Notes under the pieces: model-generated | Database searches by the model: none | What the model was told of the DNA's origin: nothing | Seen by the model: the letters and a program-made list of their open reading frames with translations, nothing else | NCBI GenBank assembly: GCA_019359235.1 | Contig: JAHHHT010000012.1 | Location: 195,648 to 240,019 of the forward strand | DNA length: 44,372 bases | Source: Oscillatoria princeps RMCB-10 | GTDB taxonomy: Bacteria; Cyanobacteriota; Cyanobacteriia; Cyanobacteriales; Oscillatoriaceae | Direction of reading: 5' to 3' | Part shown: one piece after another, positions 26,976-37,215 of the stretch | How the letters are laid out: every line of letters starts with the position of its first letter | Numbering within the stretch: the first letter of the stretch is position 1 | Made by a program: the position numbers and the translations under genes

Positions 26976-27085
26976 TCTGCCTCCTTTCAACGGAAAAGCA
27001 GATTAAAAGCCTAACAGCTTAAACCGCCAAGGACGCCAAGAACTCTTGGCGCTCGCAGGGAGGGAGCGGTTCCTTCTTAAAGACA

Positions 27086-28108
27086 TCAGCTATTTTGCAG
27101 CGCCCCACCGGCAATCGCACTCAGAATCGCCACCCCAAACGCCAAGCGATACCAAATAAACACCCAAGTGCTCTGGGTTTGCAGGAAGCGCAGCAGCCAC
27201 GCAATCGAAGCGTAAGAAAACACCGCCGCTGAAATCACGCCCACCACTAGCTCCACAGCACCGACACCGGCAAACCCCTTACTGAGCACGCCCTTGAGCT
27301 CGACTAGCCCCGCCAGGGTAATAGCAGGGATGCCCAGCAAAAAGGAAAACCGCGCTGCTGCAGCCCGCTCTAACCCCATGAACAGCCCTGCAGTTAGGGT
27401 TGAGCCAGAGCGAGAGACGCCAGGGATGAGCGCCATTGCTTGCGCCAAACCCATCAAGACGCCATCTTTCAGATCCAGCTGGCTGTAGTCGCGCTTACGC
27501 GTGCCAATACGCTCTGCAACGCCCAACAGCAAGGACATGACAATCGAGGCGCAGGCGATCGCCGCCAGACTGCGCAGGGGTGACTTGTCAAAATCTTCAA
27601 CCAGCAGCTTAATCAGCAACCCGCCCGCGAGAATCGGCACGGTTCCCAAAGCAATCCCCAGCCCCAGGCGGAAGTCTTTGTCCTCGTAGTCGCGCCGCTG
27701 CAGCGCCCCCAGTGCGCCGGTGACGACCTGAGTCAGATCCGCCCAGAAATACCACAGCACCGCCGCAATGCTGCCCAGCTGGATCACCGCTGTGAAGGCC
27801 ACACCCGGATCGCCCCAGCCCAGCACCACCGGCACCACCTTCAAATGAGCGCTGCTGCTGATCGGCAAAAACTCTGTCAGCCCTTGCACGATGCCTAAAA
27901 CGAACGCCTGAACGACATTGAGCCCGCCGGCACCGGCGGCTGGTTCCGCTGCCGCCCCCACCGCTTGCGCCACTGCCGGTGCGGGCTGGGTGCCCAGCGC
28001 CTTTAGGGGGGAGGCGAGCACCGCACCGGCAGCACCGGCACCCAAAAGCGTGAAAAATTGACCGCGTGATAAACCCATGAACTTGCCCTGTCCTATTTTT
28101 GAGCCCAA
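27086..28108 (-). CDS. uppP: Undecaprenyl-diphosphate phosphatase (UppP/BacA).
   Basis: Signature GIVQGLTEFLPISSSAHL and multiple TM segments. The ORF as listed carries a ~60-aa Ala/Gly-rich N-terminal extension. The true start may lie further downstream. Confidence 0.8.
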   Translation of the reverse strand: MGSKIGQGKFMGLSRGQFFTLLGAGAAGAVLASPLKALGTQPAPAVAQAVGAAAEPAAGAGGLNVVQAFVLGIVQGLTEFLPISSSAHLKVVPVVLGWGDPGVAFTAVIQLGSIAAVLWYFWADLTQVVTGALGALQRRDYEDKDFRLGLGIALGTVPILAGGLLIKLLVEDFDKSPLRSLAAIACASIVMSLLLGVAERIGTRKRDYSQLDLKDGVLMGLAQAMALIPGVSRSGSTLTAGLFMGLERAAAARFSFLLGIPAITLAGLVELKGVLSKGFAGVGAVELVVGVISAAVFSYASIAWLLRFLQTQSTWVFIWYRLAFGVAILSAIAGGALQNS

Positions 28109-28239
28109 CTGAACTAGACGTTCGCTAGACCGCTATCCTATCCGTTACAATTTAATCACTCCCAAAATACCCCCCGGGGGGATATTTCTTGTGATACCTT
28201 AAATAAGATGAAGTTAAGTTAAGTTTCTTAAAGAATCCC

Positions 28240-28968
28240 TTGTTTAACCCTATTTTGTCCCCTCACACCTCTACCGCCACCCCGCTCCTGTCCGGAAGCC
28301 ATCCTCTGAGCTTTGTTTTGGGCTTCCTGAGATGGAGCCAGCGCAGGTTAGTAATGGCTGCGTCTGTGTTCCTGGTTTCAGTGCCGGTGTTTTTCCAAGC
28401 GCCCCTGGTGCGGCAGCTGCCCTGGCTGAGTTTAGCCCTCACCGCCGGCATCTTGTGGCTGAGCTTCTGGCTGCAATCGCGCTCCAAAACCAAACTGTGG
28501 GGGGATTTATTGCTGGGGTTCACCGGCAGCTGGCTAGCGGGGTCACTGTACTGGGGCTGGCTGCGCTGGGAGCCGGTGCTGCACCTGCCGGTGGAGGCCA
28601 TCTGCCTGCCGGTGGCCCTGTGGTGCGCCATGCGCCGGCGGTGCCAAGTGGGAGCCTGGTTTTATCTGGGCTCCCTGTTCGGCACCGCCATTACCGACCT
28701 GTATTTTTACCTCGCGGATCTGATCCCGCACTGGCGCAAAATCATGCAAGTTGACCCAGCGCTGGCGCTGCCGGTGTTTCAGAGCGCCATAAGGCAAGTG
28801 CAGACCCCCTGGGGAATCAGCTGGGCTGCAGTGCTGCTCGCCGTTCTCCTCGCTGCCGGTCTTGCTCCCCTAAAATCCAAGCAGCTGCACTGGTGGGCAT
28901 TCGGCGGAGCCGTCTTGAGCACAATTTTGGTGGATGGCTTGTTCTGGATTGCCGCCTCCGCAGTCTGA
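28240..28968 (+). CDS. Cyanobacterial integral membrane protein (DUF3120-like).
   Basis: The protein is 242 aa with ~6 predicted TM helices and a Trp/Leu-rich composition. The family assignment is from memory only. Confidence 0.45.
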   Translation: MFNPILSPHTSTATPLLSGSHPLSFVLGFLRWSQRRLVMAASVFLVSVPVFFQAPLVRQLPWLSLALTAGILWLSFWLQSRSKTKLWGDLLLGFTGSWLAGSLYWGWLRWEPVLHLPVEAICLPVALWCAMRRRCQVGAWFYLGSLFGTAITDLYFYLADLIPHWRKIMQVDPALALPVFQSAIRQVQTPWGISWAAVLLAVLLAAGLAPLKSKQLHWWAFGGAVLSTILVDGLFWIAASAV

Positions 28969-29070
28969 GGGCATCCCGCCGCCAAAAGCATCTATTGCAG
29001 GCAAACCTTGGCTAGGATCTACTCGAACAACTCGAGTTAGCAAACGACGTCTCGTCGGTAGCCCCCGCCT

Positions 29071-30057
29071 GTGGTGAATTTTCAACCCACTCCTCATCTG
29101 GTACTGCAGCTCGAAACTGGCACTCGCTATCTGCCTTTAGCTAGCGGTAACTGCTGGACTGTCGGTCGAAGTGAAGACAACCATTTCGTGCTCACAGACC
29201 GGTGGATCTCCCGCACCCACGCCATGTTGCAGCGCATGGACAACGGAGAGTTCTATATCATTGATTTGGGAAGCCGCAATGGAACATTTGTCAACGGGCG
29301 ACGGGTGAGCATTCCCCTGACTTTACAGAATGGCGACCACCTGACCTTCGGCCAGACCGAGTTACAGTTCTTCTGTCAGTTCCGCAGGAAAACCGGTGCC
29401 CCGGCGGAGTTGGACGAAGATGAGGCGGTAACAGCAACCTTGCTGGAACGCCGGCTGATCTCCGTGATGGTGGTTGACATCCGCAACTTCACAGTTCTGA
29501 CTCGCCAGATGGACGAACAGATCCTCTCTGAAGTGATTGGCACCTGGTTCCGCCGGTCTGGGCAAATCTTGCGAGATCACGGCTCTTGGGTTGATAAATA
29601 TATTGGGGATGCGGTGATGGCCGTTTGGTTCCACAGCACCCAAAAGGTCAGCAATCAGGAGGTGATTCAGATTTTGCAGACGCTCAGCGCCCTGCACCTG
29701 GTCACCGAGGAGCTCAGCGCTCGCTATCCCCTGCCCTTTCCCTTGCGCATCGGTGCCGGTGTCAATACTGGCTATGCGATGGTGGGCAACACCGGCAGCG
29801 GCGACCGCCCCGACTATACCGCCCTGGGGGATACCGTCAACGCCGCCTTTCGCCTGGAATCTTCCACCAAAGAAATTGGCGCGGACATCGCAATGGGCGA
29901 AACGACCTACCAGTATGTGGCAGCCCTCGGAGTTCGCTCAACCCCCTTCAAGCAATATAAGGTCAATCTCAAAGGCTATGACTTGCCCACACTCACCTAT
30001 GCCAGCACCTTTGCCGGCTTGGACAGGTTTTTGCAGGCCCTCCCACAAGGCCAGTAG
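29071..30057 (+). CDS. FHA-domain adenylate/guanylate cyclase (class III).
   Basis: N-terminal FHA domain (WTVGRSEDNHFVLTDRWISRTHAML...YIIDLGSRNGTFVNG). The cyclase homology domain follows (ISVMVVDIRNFT...YIGDAVMAVW...RIGAGVNTGYAMVGNTGS...YTALGDTVNAAFRLES). Confidence 0.85.
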   Translation: MVNFQPTPHLVLQLETGTRYLPLASGNCWTVGRSEDNHFVLTDRWISRTHAMLQRMDNGEFYIIDLGSRNGTFVNGRRVSIPLTLQNGDHLTFGQTELQFFCQFRRKTGAPAELDEDEAVTATLLERRLISVMVVDIRNFTVLTRQMDEQILSEVIGTWFRRSGQILRDHGSWVDKYIGDAVMAVWFHSTQKVSNQEVIQILQTLSALHLVTEELSARYPLPFPLRIGAGVNTGYAMVGNTGSGDRPDYTALGDTVNAAFRLESSTKEIGADIAMGETTYQYVAALGVRSTPFKQYKVNLKGYDLPTLTYASTFAGLDRFLQALPQGQ

Positions 30058-30162
30058 CGCCAGCTACCTGAGAGCCAGATACGCCCGACTTCTAGATTTG
30101 TAAAGAAATTTGGTAATCTCTCTAATATATAAATGCTGTGTGAGTTAGGGAGGAATTAAATC

Positions 30163-30591
30163 ATGAGACGACTGTTTCGCTTGCTGACAGTCTTGTGCCT
30201 GCTGGCTAGCTGCACCGGGTGGCTGGGGCTGCCCCAGAACGCATACGCTGCCGGTCTGAGCGGTGTGGCGTTCGCCCAACAGCCCGTTTTGGCAGAGGCA
30301 CCGCTCCGCAATGTGGTTGACGAGAAGCTAAACACCGAGTATGGCAAAAAGCTTGACCTCAACAACACCAACGTGCGGGCATTTCGCAAATATCCCGGGC
30401 TGTACCCAACCCTAGCTGGCAAAATTGTTCAAAATGCTCCCTACAAAGAGGTCGGGGACGTGCTGGACATTCCCGGACTCAGCGAACCCGAGAAAACAGT
30501 CCTGCAAGCCAACCTCGGCAACTTCACCGTGACTGAGGTGGAATCAGCCTTAAACGAAGGCGACGACCGGATCAACAACGGTCTGTACTAA
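30163..30591 (+). CDS. psbU: Photosystem II 12-kDa extrinsic protein PsbU.
   Basis: Signal peptide followed by [62 protein letters not shown], a close match to the PsbU core. A GGGAGG Shine-Dalgarno lies upstream. Confidence 0.9.
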   Translation: MRRLFRLLTVLCLLASCTGWLGLPQNAYAAGLSGVAFAQQPVLAEAPLRNVVDEKLNTEYGKKLDLNNTNVRAFRKYPGLYPTLAGKIVQNAPYKEVGDVLDIPGLSEPEKTVLQANLGNFTVTEVESALNEGDDRINNGLY

Positions 30592-30621
30592 GCAGTCCCC
30601 GCCCCAGAACGCAGTTCATAC

Positions 30622-30705
30622 CAGAAACCCGGTTTCTCCAAGAAACCGGGTTTCTTCACTCCGTGGCCAAGAAACCCGGTTTCTCAGAGAAACCGGGTTT
30701 CTTCA
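30622..30705. repeat. Two tandem family-D palindromes (agaaacccggtttctccaagaaaccgggtttcttcactc, twice).
   Basis: A pair of strong hairpins immediately 3' of psbU. They are likely a rho-independent-style terminator. Confidence 0.7.
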
Positions 30706-30869
30706 CTCGGTAGCTTGACAGTTTTATCTTTTTGTGATATAAGCACTAAAAAATAGCCGGGGCAGTAGGGCCAGCGAAGTGGGGAAACTCTGCAGCCGGC
30801 TCGTGCCGCCCTTTGTACAGTAAGGTAACATAAAGCCACAGTGGCTCAACCGACGAGGGCAATTTTTAA

Positions 30870-32606
30870 TTGGTGAATCCTTCCACAGCTGATACCTCAC
30901 CCCAACCTAACCTGAACGACCAGTTTGATGTGCTGGTGGTAGGTGCAGGCGCAGCGGGCTTGTATGCGGCGCTTTGCCTTCCCGAGTGCTACCAGGTGGG
31001 CTTGATCGCGAAAGACAGCCTGCCCCTGTCCGCCAGTGACTGGGCCCAAGGGGGTCTGGCGGCGGCTATCGCGCCAGAAGATTCCCCATTACTGCACATC
31101 GAAGATACCCTGAAAGCCGGTGCCGGCTTGTGCGATTTAGAGGCGGTCAAATTTCTGGCGCAGCAAGCGCCTCAGTGCGTCCAGTCTCTGGTGCGGCTGG
31201 GGGTGGGTTTCGACCGGCAGGGGGACACCCTGGCCCTAACCCTGGAAGCTGCCCACTCCCGCCGGCGCGTTCTCCACGCCGCAGACACCACCGGGCGCAC
31301 GATCGTCAGCACCCTCACCGCTGAAGTCCTCAGGCGCAAGAACATCCAGGTCATACAGCAAGCTTTTGCCCTCAGTCTTTGGACAGACCCTCAAACGCAG
31401 CGCTGTCAGGGGGTGAGTTTAGTTTATCAGGGTCAAATCAGCTGGGTGCGGGCCCGTGCGGTGGTGCTGGCAACCGGCGGGGGTGGCCAGGTTTTCGCGC
31501 AGACCACCAATCCAGCAGTGAGCACCGGCGATGGCGTGGCGATGGCGTGGCGTGCCGGTGCCGTCTTGCGAGACTTGGAATTTGTCCAGTTTCACCCCAC
31601 CGCCCTCACGAAAGCCGGCGCACCCCGATTTCTGATCAGTGAGGCGGTTCGGGGAGAAGGTGCCCACTTGGTTGACGCTCGGGGGCGGCGGTTTGCCTTT
31701 GACGACCACCCCGCCGGCGAACTCGCCCCTAGAGATGTGGTCAGCCGCGCTATCTTCAGGCATTTCCAGCGCACCGGTCTTGACCCAGCTGCAGCCAATG
31801 TCTGGCTGGATTTGCGACCCATTCCAGCAGATCGAATTCGCCACCGCTTTCCCAATATTATCCAGGTCTGCCAGCGCTGGGGGATTGATGTGTTCTCCGA
31901 ACCCGTGCCGGTCGCGCCGGCAGCTCACTACTGGATGGGCGGCATTATGACAGATTTGATCAACCGGACGTCAATTGCCGGTTTGTATGCAGTGGGGGAA
32001 ACCGCCAGCACCGGCGTGCACGGCGCTAATCGTCTGGCGAGCAATTCTCTGCTGGAATGTGTTGTTTTTGGCGCTCAGTTCGCTCACCTCGAACTTTCCC
32101 CGGAAGCGTCGGGAGATTCTCCCCTGAAGCCAACCGCCTCTGAGCCCCCTCTCGCCGACGGGCTCGCTCAGCTAGCAAAAATCGAAGCAATGCGGCAAGA
32201 GTTACCCCGCTTGGTGTGGCACAGTGCCGGCATCTGTCGCGAACAGCAAGCGCTAGAAGCGGCGCTGGCTAAGGTGGAATGCTGGCAAGCGGAATTTGCG
32301 GCGCTGCCAATCAGTGAGTGTTTGCTTTCTTTGCAACCCAACGAGCCGGTCAAGTTCGCGCTACCCGATGCCGGCACAGTGTTGAGGATTTGGGGAGAAA
32401 CCCGCAATTTACTGGATGTGGCGTATTTAATTCTCAAAAGTGCGGCTTTTCGCACCGAAAGTCGCGGCGGACACTACCGTGCGGACTTCCCTAACCCAGA
32501 ACCAAGCTGGCTAGCGCACACGCTGGTGCAACAGGAAAACTGGTGGAAGTCTGCTGCAGTAACTCTATCGCAGCCCGCCTCAGCTGAAACCGCTGTGTCT
32601 TCCTAA
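30870..32606 (+). CDS. nadB: L-aspartate oxidase.
   Basis: FAD-binding motif DVLVVGAGAAGLYAAL, the fumarate reductase/succinate dehydrogenase flavoprotein fold, and conserved RxxxAxGG/HYxMGG motifs. The start is a non-ATG codon (TTG/GTG). Confidence 0.9.
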   Translation: MVNPSTADTSPQPNLNDQFDVLVVGAGAAGLYAALCLPECYQVGLIAKDSLPLSASDWAQGGLAAAIAPEDSPLLHIEDTLKAGAGLCDLEAVKFLAQQAPQCVQSLVRLGVGFDRQGDTLALTLEAAHSRRRVLHAADTTGRTIVSTLTAEVLRRKNIQVIQQAFALSLWTDPQTQRCQGVSLVYQGQISWVRARAVVLATGGGGQVFAQTTNPAVSTGDGVAMAWRAGAVLRDLEFVQFHPTALTKAGAPRFLISEAVRGEGAHLVDARGRRFAFDDHPAGELAPRDVVSRAIFRHFQRTGLDPAAANVWLDLRPIPADRIRHRFPNIIQVCQRWGIDVFSEPVPVAPAAHYWMGGIMTDLINRTSIAGLYAVGETASTGVHGANRLASNSLLECVVFGAQFAHLELSPEASGDSPLKPTASEPPLADGLAQLAKIEAMRQELPRLVWHSAGICREQQALEAALAKVECWQAEFAALPISECLLSLQPNEPVKFALPDAGTVLRIWGETRNLLDVAYLILKSAAFRTESRGGHYRADFPNPEPSWLAHTLVQQENWWKSAAVTLSQPASAETAVSS

Positions 32607-32821
32607 GTCGCGGTTCCCCCAGATCCGCCATCCCCACCGGTCGGTGGCTTCTTGGGTGGCGGTTCTTCCTCGTAAATAGTGGTTGGCCCTAAAGAAGGCC
32701 GGTTGAATGCAATCTCCCCCGACAGGCTGGGTAACGCTGTGGCAGACGCTATTCCAGATGCGCTCAGCTGCACCCCAACCGCCAGCGCTGCTACACTTGC
32801 TAATTTAAGTAAAGTACCCAT
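32603..32821 (-). CDS. Small secreted hypothetical protein (72 aa).
   Basis: Signal-peptide-like N-terminus MGTLLKLASVAALAVGVQLSASG and a Pro/Gly-rich tail. Its stop overlaps the nadB stop by 4 nt. Evidence is weak. Confidence 0.25.
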   Translation of the reverse strand: MGTLLKLASVAALAVGVQLSASGIASATALPSLSGEIAFNRPSLGPTTIYEEEPPPKKPPTGGDGGSGGTAT

Positions 32822-33060
32822 AACATTTTTGACCCCATAACACCCTTGGCCTCAAAACACCTATCAGTTAGACGCGCCCCTCAGGAGTTCATTATATCAG
32901 TGAATTCACTTACCTGTCTGCAAAAAATCTGCGCAACCCGTACATTCACGTAAATATACTTTAATTTACAAAAATACACAATGGAGGCTTAACCCGTCAT
33001 CTTTGTTAAGAAAAGGGAGAGCGGGGCGTCAATCTGAGCGGGCTGGCTGAGCGGAACGTC

Positions 33061-33094
33061 AAGAAACCAGGTTTCTTTAAGAAACCCGGTTTCT
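33061..33094. repeat. Family-D palindrome (aagaaaccaggtttctttaagaaacccggtttct).
   Basis: Inverted repeat in the spacer downstream of the GGDEF gene. Confidence 0.6.
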
Positions 33095-33251
33095 GGTGGT
33101 GGCTCTCTTCAACTTAATGATGTCCGCCGGCGCTCGCCCAGCTTTTCAAGAAGATAAGAGGCAATATTAATAAATGTAAAGCCCGCTCGCCGCACAGTCA
33201 GTAGTTTTGCTGACCGGCACAGCACTTGAGTGGGGCGAGCCCGGGTGTTAT

Positions 33252-35414
33252 TTACGAAAATTCATATTTGTTTTTGCCCTGTTGCTTAGCGCGATACATG
33301 GCAGCATCCGCCGCATTAATCAAAGTATCGGCGTCTTCGCCGTGGAGGGGGTACAGACTGATGCCAATACTGCAGGACACCGAAACCGCGTGTCCGTCGA
33401 TTAAATACTTTTGGGACAAAGTGTCCAGAATTTTGTCGGCAACTTTAGCCGCATCCGGCATTCCCGGGATAGCCGGCAGGATTACGGTAAACTCGTCACC
33501 GCCGAGGCGAGATACGGTATCGCTGGCTCGCAAGCAGCCGGTCAGCCGCAGAGCGACGGCTTTGAGCAGCGAGTCGCCCATCTCGTGTCCCAGGGTGTCA
33601 TTGACGCCCTTAAAGCCATCGAGATCCAGGAACAGGAGGGCGACGAGCCGGCTGTTGGTGCTGGCCCATTCTAGAGCCTGACTCAGGCGTTCGTAGAACA
33701 GTTTGCGATTGGGCAAGCCGGTGAGGGGATCGTGATAAGCCAGATGGCGCAAGCGATGCTCTGAAACTTTTAATTCTTCATTGGAACGGGCTAGCTCAGC
33801 TGCGGTGCGTTTCAAATCTTCTTCCATCCGCTTGCGCTCCGTGATATCTCGGATGACTCCGACCAAGAACAGATTGCCGGCGGCATCTTTGTGGAGCGAG
33901 CGCTTTGTGGCAATCAGATAAGTTTTGCCCCGCGCGTCGGTAAATTTTTCTTCATTTTCCAGGGGTTGGCTGCTGTTAAATACCAACTCATCTTGAAGCA
34001 AAAAAACTTCTGCTTCCTGCGGGGTAAAAAAGTCGGGCTCGGATTTCTCTATTAACTCGTCGCAGGGGCGACCGATGAATTGGCAAAAGGCTTGATTTAA
34101 AACAATCCAGCGGCGGTGTTTATCTTTGACAAAAATCGGGTCTGGAATGGTGTTGATCACCGTAGACAAAAATTCTTTAGATTTTTTCAATTCTTGTTCC
34201 AGATGGGCGAAATAGCTGGTTACCGCCACTGCAGAGCCGAAAAGCGCCAGCACCGGCGGCGCAAAAGGCAGCCACCAGCCGGCGGCAAACGCCAGGTAAC
34301 AAATGCCCGTCAGCGTCACAGCCGCCAGTACCATACTCAGGGCTTGCCATTTGCTAGAACGCACTCTCCAGCTGAGCGCCGCACCTGTCCAAGACCAGAC
34401 AAAAATCCACAAACCTTCCACTGGGTCGGGCCAGATATTGATAAAAGTTCGCCCATCCAGGGCGGCGCTCAGCAACTGGCTGACGAAATGGGCGTGCACT
34501 TCTACGCCATAGGTGCGAGAAGGAGCGCTGTAGGGGGTGTAGAATAAATCTTTAAGGCTTTCTGCAGTTGAACCGATCAGCACCACCCGGTTGCGAAAAA
34601 CTGATTCCGGCACCCGGTTGGAAAGCACGTCAGAGATTGACAGCGTGCGAAAGCTGCCAGCCGGCCCGCGAAAGTTCACCAAAACTTGGTAGCCGCCATC
34701 ATCCTCCCGCACATAAGCGCCGTCATTGCCCTCAAAGATGCGAAATGTGCCGCGCCCCAGCCGCCACAGACTGGAATTACCTGTGTCATATTTAAGGGTA
34801 ATGTCTTGTGGTTCTAGATACATTAAAGCTAGTTGCAGCGCCAAACTTTTGCGAGCTTTGCCGTCAACATGCCAGTACAGGACGCTGCGGCGAATTTTGC
34901 CATCCGAGTCAGCGAGCAGGTTGCTGAAACCAACTTTATTAATCGGGCTTAAACCCGGCAGGGGTGGAATGCCGGTGTCATCTTGAGAGGCAATTTTTTC
35001 AATGGCCACCACATTGGGCATCGATGCCAGCGTCTTTTTTAATTCGACAGATCCGGGCTCAACGGGTTGGAACCGATAAATGTCCAGACCGATGGCGCGT
35101 GGCTTGAGCGCTTGCAACTTCTGCAGCAGCTGCGCCAAGACGGCATCCGGCACCGGCAGCCCCAGCTTCTGCAAGGCTGCCTCATCAATGCCCACAATCA
35201 CCACTCGCTCGTCACGGGGTTCTGGGGGGCGAAAGCGAAAGCACTGATCGAGGGCGGCTAGCTCAACCGGCTGCAACAGACCGGCAAAACGCAGGATGAG
35301 GATGCCGGTGGCAATACTGGCCGATGTTAGCAAAACTCTGCGCCCCAGCCATATTTGTTGCTTGAGGGAAGCCCATATCGTTGATTTGGGGTGTCTGTCT
35401 GGCTGCGCGATCAT
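33252..35414 (-). CDS. CHASE2 sensor, PAS domain and GGDEF diguanylate cyclase.
   Basis: N-terminal CHASE2 domain (LRFAGLLQPVELAALDQCFRFRPPEPRDERVVIVGIDEAAL) and three TM helices. A PAS domain follows (FVKDKHRRWIVLNQAFCQF). The GGDEF domain has an RLGGDEF active site and an RxxD I-site context. Confidence 0.85.
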   Translation of the reverse strand: MIAQPDRHPKSTIWASLKQQIWLGRRVLLTSASIATGILILRFAGLLQPVELAALDQCFRFRPPEPRDERVVIVGIDEAALQKLGLPVPDAVLAQLLQKLQALKPRAIGLDIYRFQPVEPGSVELKKTLASMPNVVAIEKIASQDDTGIPPLPGLSPINKVGFSNLLADSDGKIRRSVLYWHVDGKARKSLALQLALMYLEPQDITLKYDTGNSSLWRLGRGTFRIFEGNDGAYVREDDGGYQVLVNFRGPAGSFRTLSISDVLSNRVPESVFRNRVVLIGSTAESLKDLFYTPYSAPSRTYGVEVHAHFVSQLLSAALDGRTFINIWPDPVEGLWIFVWSWTGAALSWRVRSSKWQALSMVLAAVTLTGICYLAFAAGWWLPFAPPVLALFGSAVAVTSYFAHLEQELKKSKEFLSTVINTIPDPIFVKDKHRRWIVLNQAFCQFIGRPCDELIEKSEPDFFTPQEAEVFLLQDELVFNSSQPLENEEKFTDARGKTYLIATKRSLHKDAAGNLFLVGVIRDITERKRMEEDLKRTAAELARSNEELKVSEHRLRHLAYHDPLTGLPNRKLFYERLSQALEWASTNSRLVALLFLDLDGFKGVNDTLGHEMGDSLLKAVALRLTGCLRASDTVSRLGGDEFTVILPAIPGMPDAAKVADKILDTLSQKYLIDGHAVSVSCSIGISLYPLHGEDADTLINAADAAMYRAKQQGKNKYEFS

Positions 35415-35708
35415 GGTTGAGAGTCTCCTGCAGTGGTTCAGATGACACCCCAGTTGTGACGCCGGTTGCCTGTAGTTGCCGGTTGTGCCAAAGCCGAAAT
35501 CCCGTGGCTAGTGCCTTGAGCGACTTCCACCGGCTCGGAACGCCCCCACACTTAAAGTTCGAGAGAAAGGGGGACAAACCGGGTTTCTGGCTGTAGAAAA
35601 CCCAGCTGTGTTCAGACGCGACGGGCGCGTTCCACTGTAGGAAACAGGGTTTCTTTTAATTGCTCAGGGGGTTTTCAAGGGCAGGCTCTCAGTAGCAGCA
35701 GATTGCCG

Positions 35709-36002
35709 TCAGCGCGGTGGCGAGGGGGTTGGCGAATCCTCCGCAGTCGGGGATTCGGACGCCCGGTCGGAATAGTCCGCGATCGCAAAAATGTAAATCG
35801 CGTGAGCTAGCAAAAGCAGCGCCCAGCTGCCCGTCACCCAAGGAGTCCATATCCAGGGTGACGGCTGCAAGATCCGGAAAAACCACATGCTGGAATTGCT
35901 AGCGCCAAAAATGGCCACATGCACGGCAAAATTCATCCGGTCGTCCAAGCGGCGGTAGGCTGGGTCGCGGCGGTCGGGTTTGCGGGGCCAACGAGGGGGC
36001 AT
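35709..36002 (-). CDS. 2TM-domain membrane protein.
   Basis: Reads DPAYRRLDDRMNFAVHVAIFGASNSSMWFF...WIWTPWVTGSWALLLLAHAIY, which matches the 2TM architecture. The probable start is at the Met of MPPRWP, and the ORF may extend to 36086. Confidence 0.45.
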   Translation of the reverse strand: MPPRWPRKPDRRDPAYRRLDDRMNFAVHVAIFGASNSSMWFFRILQPSPWIWTPWVTGSWALLLLAHAIYIFAIADYSDRASESPTAEDSPTPSPPR

Positions 36003-36193
36003 AGAGAACCTTTGAGTAGGGTGCTGGGATTGAGCGGTGACTTCAATTGTAGAGCTATTGCCGGTGCGGGCGGATCTGCTGGCCACCTGAGGCCACCGAT
36101 AAGATTAACTTGTTGTGAAACCCGCTCATCGGGGCAGGGACTAGCGTTAGAATTCAAGAAGACCCTAAAAATCTGCGTTTACAGACGAGTTTT

Positions 36194-36724
36194 GTGACTG
36201 CCGAGCAATTCCTGGGCACCGCTTCCCCAAAGCGCCACAATTACCTGGCCATCATCGCACTCCCCGATGAAGCCTCCGCCTTCCAAGCCTATCGCCTGCT
36301 GCAATATCACGGGATTTCCCCCGAGCATTTGGCGATTGTCGGTCAGGGCTACAGCTCTCCTGAAGGGGTGGGGCTATTGCAGCCGGTGCAAATCGCACTC
36401 CGCAACGCCCGCCGCTTGGCCATGCTGGCCGGCTCTTTGGGGCTGGCGATGGGAGTCGTTTCTTTTACGGTGTTGAATTTGGCATTTAAGGTGCCACTCA
36501 CTCTCAGCTTGCTGCTCTTGATTCCAGCAGCCGGCACCGTTGGCGGCTTCTGTGGGGCTGTCGTGGGAGCCTTATTCGGCTTTTTGGGAGAGGGCAGCAC
36601 GGCTGGAATCTACCGGCATCACCTGCGTCAGGGGCATTACTTGCTGATGATGGAAGGGCCAGAAAAGATCGTCCGCTTGGGGCAGCAAGTCCTCAAACAG
36701 TATTGCTCGCCTAAAGCCCGCTGA
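36194..36724 (+). CDS. Stress-protein-like membrane protein (YflT/DUF1269-like N-domain plus a Gly-rich TM region).
   Basis: Reads NYLAIIALPDEASAFQAYRLLQYHGISPEHLAIVGQGY, followed by two hydrophobic Gly-rich helices. Confidence 0.4.
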   Translation: MTAEQFLGTASPKRHNYLAIIALPDEASAFQAYRLLQYHGISPEHLAIVGQGYSSPEGVGLLQPVQIALRNARRLAMLAGSLGLAMGVVSFTVLNLAFKVPLTLSLLLLIPAAGTVGGFCGAVVGALFGFLGEGSTAGIYRHHLRQGHYLLMMEGPEKIVRLGQQVLKQYCSPKAR

Positions 36725-37065
36725 ACTCTGCCGGCGATTCGACAGTGCCGGTAAATTCAGGGCATGTACAAGAAGTGCTGGACAGTTCGATAACTCCCAT
36801 CTTGGCCCGCCCAACGTGAAAGGCCGCAGGGGAACTCTGTCGCGTCTGGGGCTGGATCTGTCTGGGATGTCGGTGATCTCCTTGAAAGAGAGTAGGGGCG
36901 GGGCGAACCCAGAATCTTGGCCACAAAACCCGCATCTATATAAACCCCCCCGGCACTGGCCTTGTCCTAAACTGACTGTTTATTGCGCTCATTGCTGATA
37001 TAGCGTTTCTCAAATAAGTGTGCTGGGGAGAAACCGCTCCTAACGGAGCAGCTACGCTAACGGTA

Positions 37066-37099
37066 GGGGCGGAAGGGCCCGCCCCTACGAAATCGGGTT
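37066..37099. repeat. Family-E hairpin (taggggcggaagggcccgcccctacgaaatcggg).
   Basis: Same core (gggcgg..gcccgcccctacgaaa) as the copy at 6090. Confidence 0.6.
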
Positions 37100-37192
37100 G
37101 ATGGGCCATAGCGCAAAGCCTCTATATGTAGGGTGGGTTAGCGATAGCGTCACCGGCACCACACCAGATTAAGTGTCGCTGCGTAAGTCCTG

Positions 37193-37215
37193 CAAACTCT
37201 AAACTCTAAACTCTA
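37193..37215. repeat. Heptamer tandem repeat (aactcta x3).
   Basis: Direct repeats at the 3' end of the GT2 gene. Confidence 0.5.

Noticed and set aside
35580-35650. Sequence resembling a family-D palindrome (ggtttctggctgtagaaaaccc...ggaaacagggtttct).
   Set aside because: Too degenerate to call as a family member. It may be an eroded copy.
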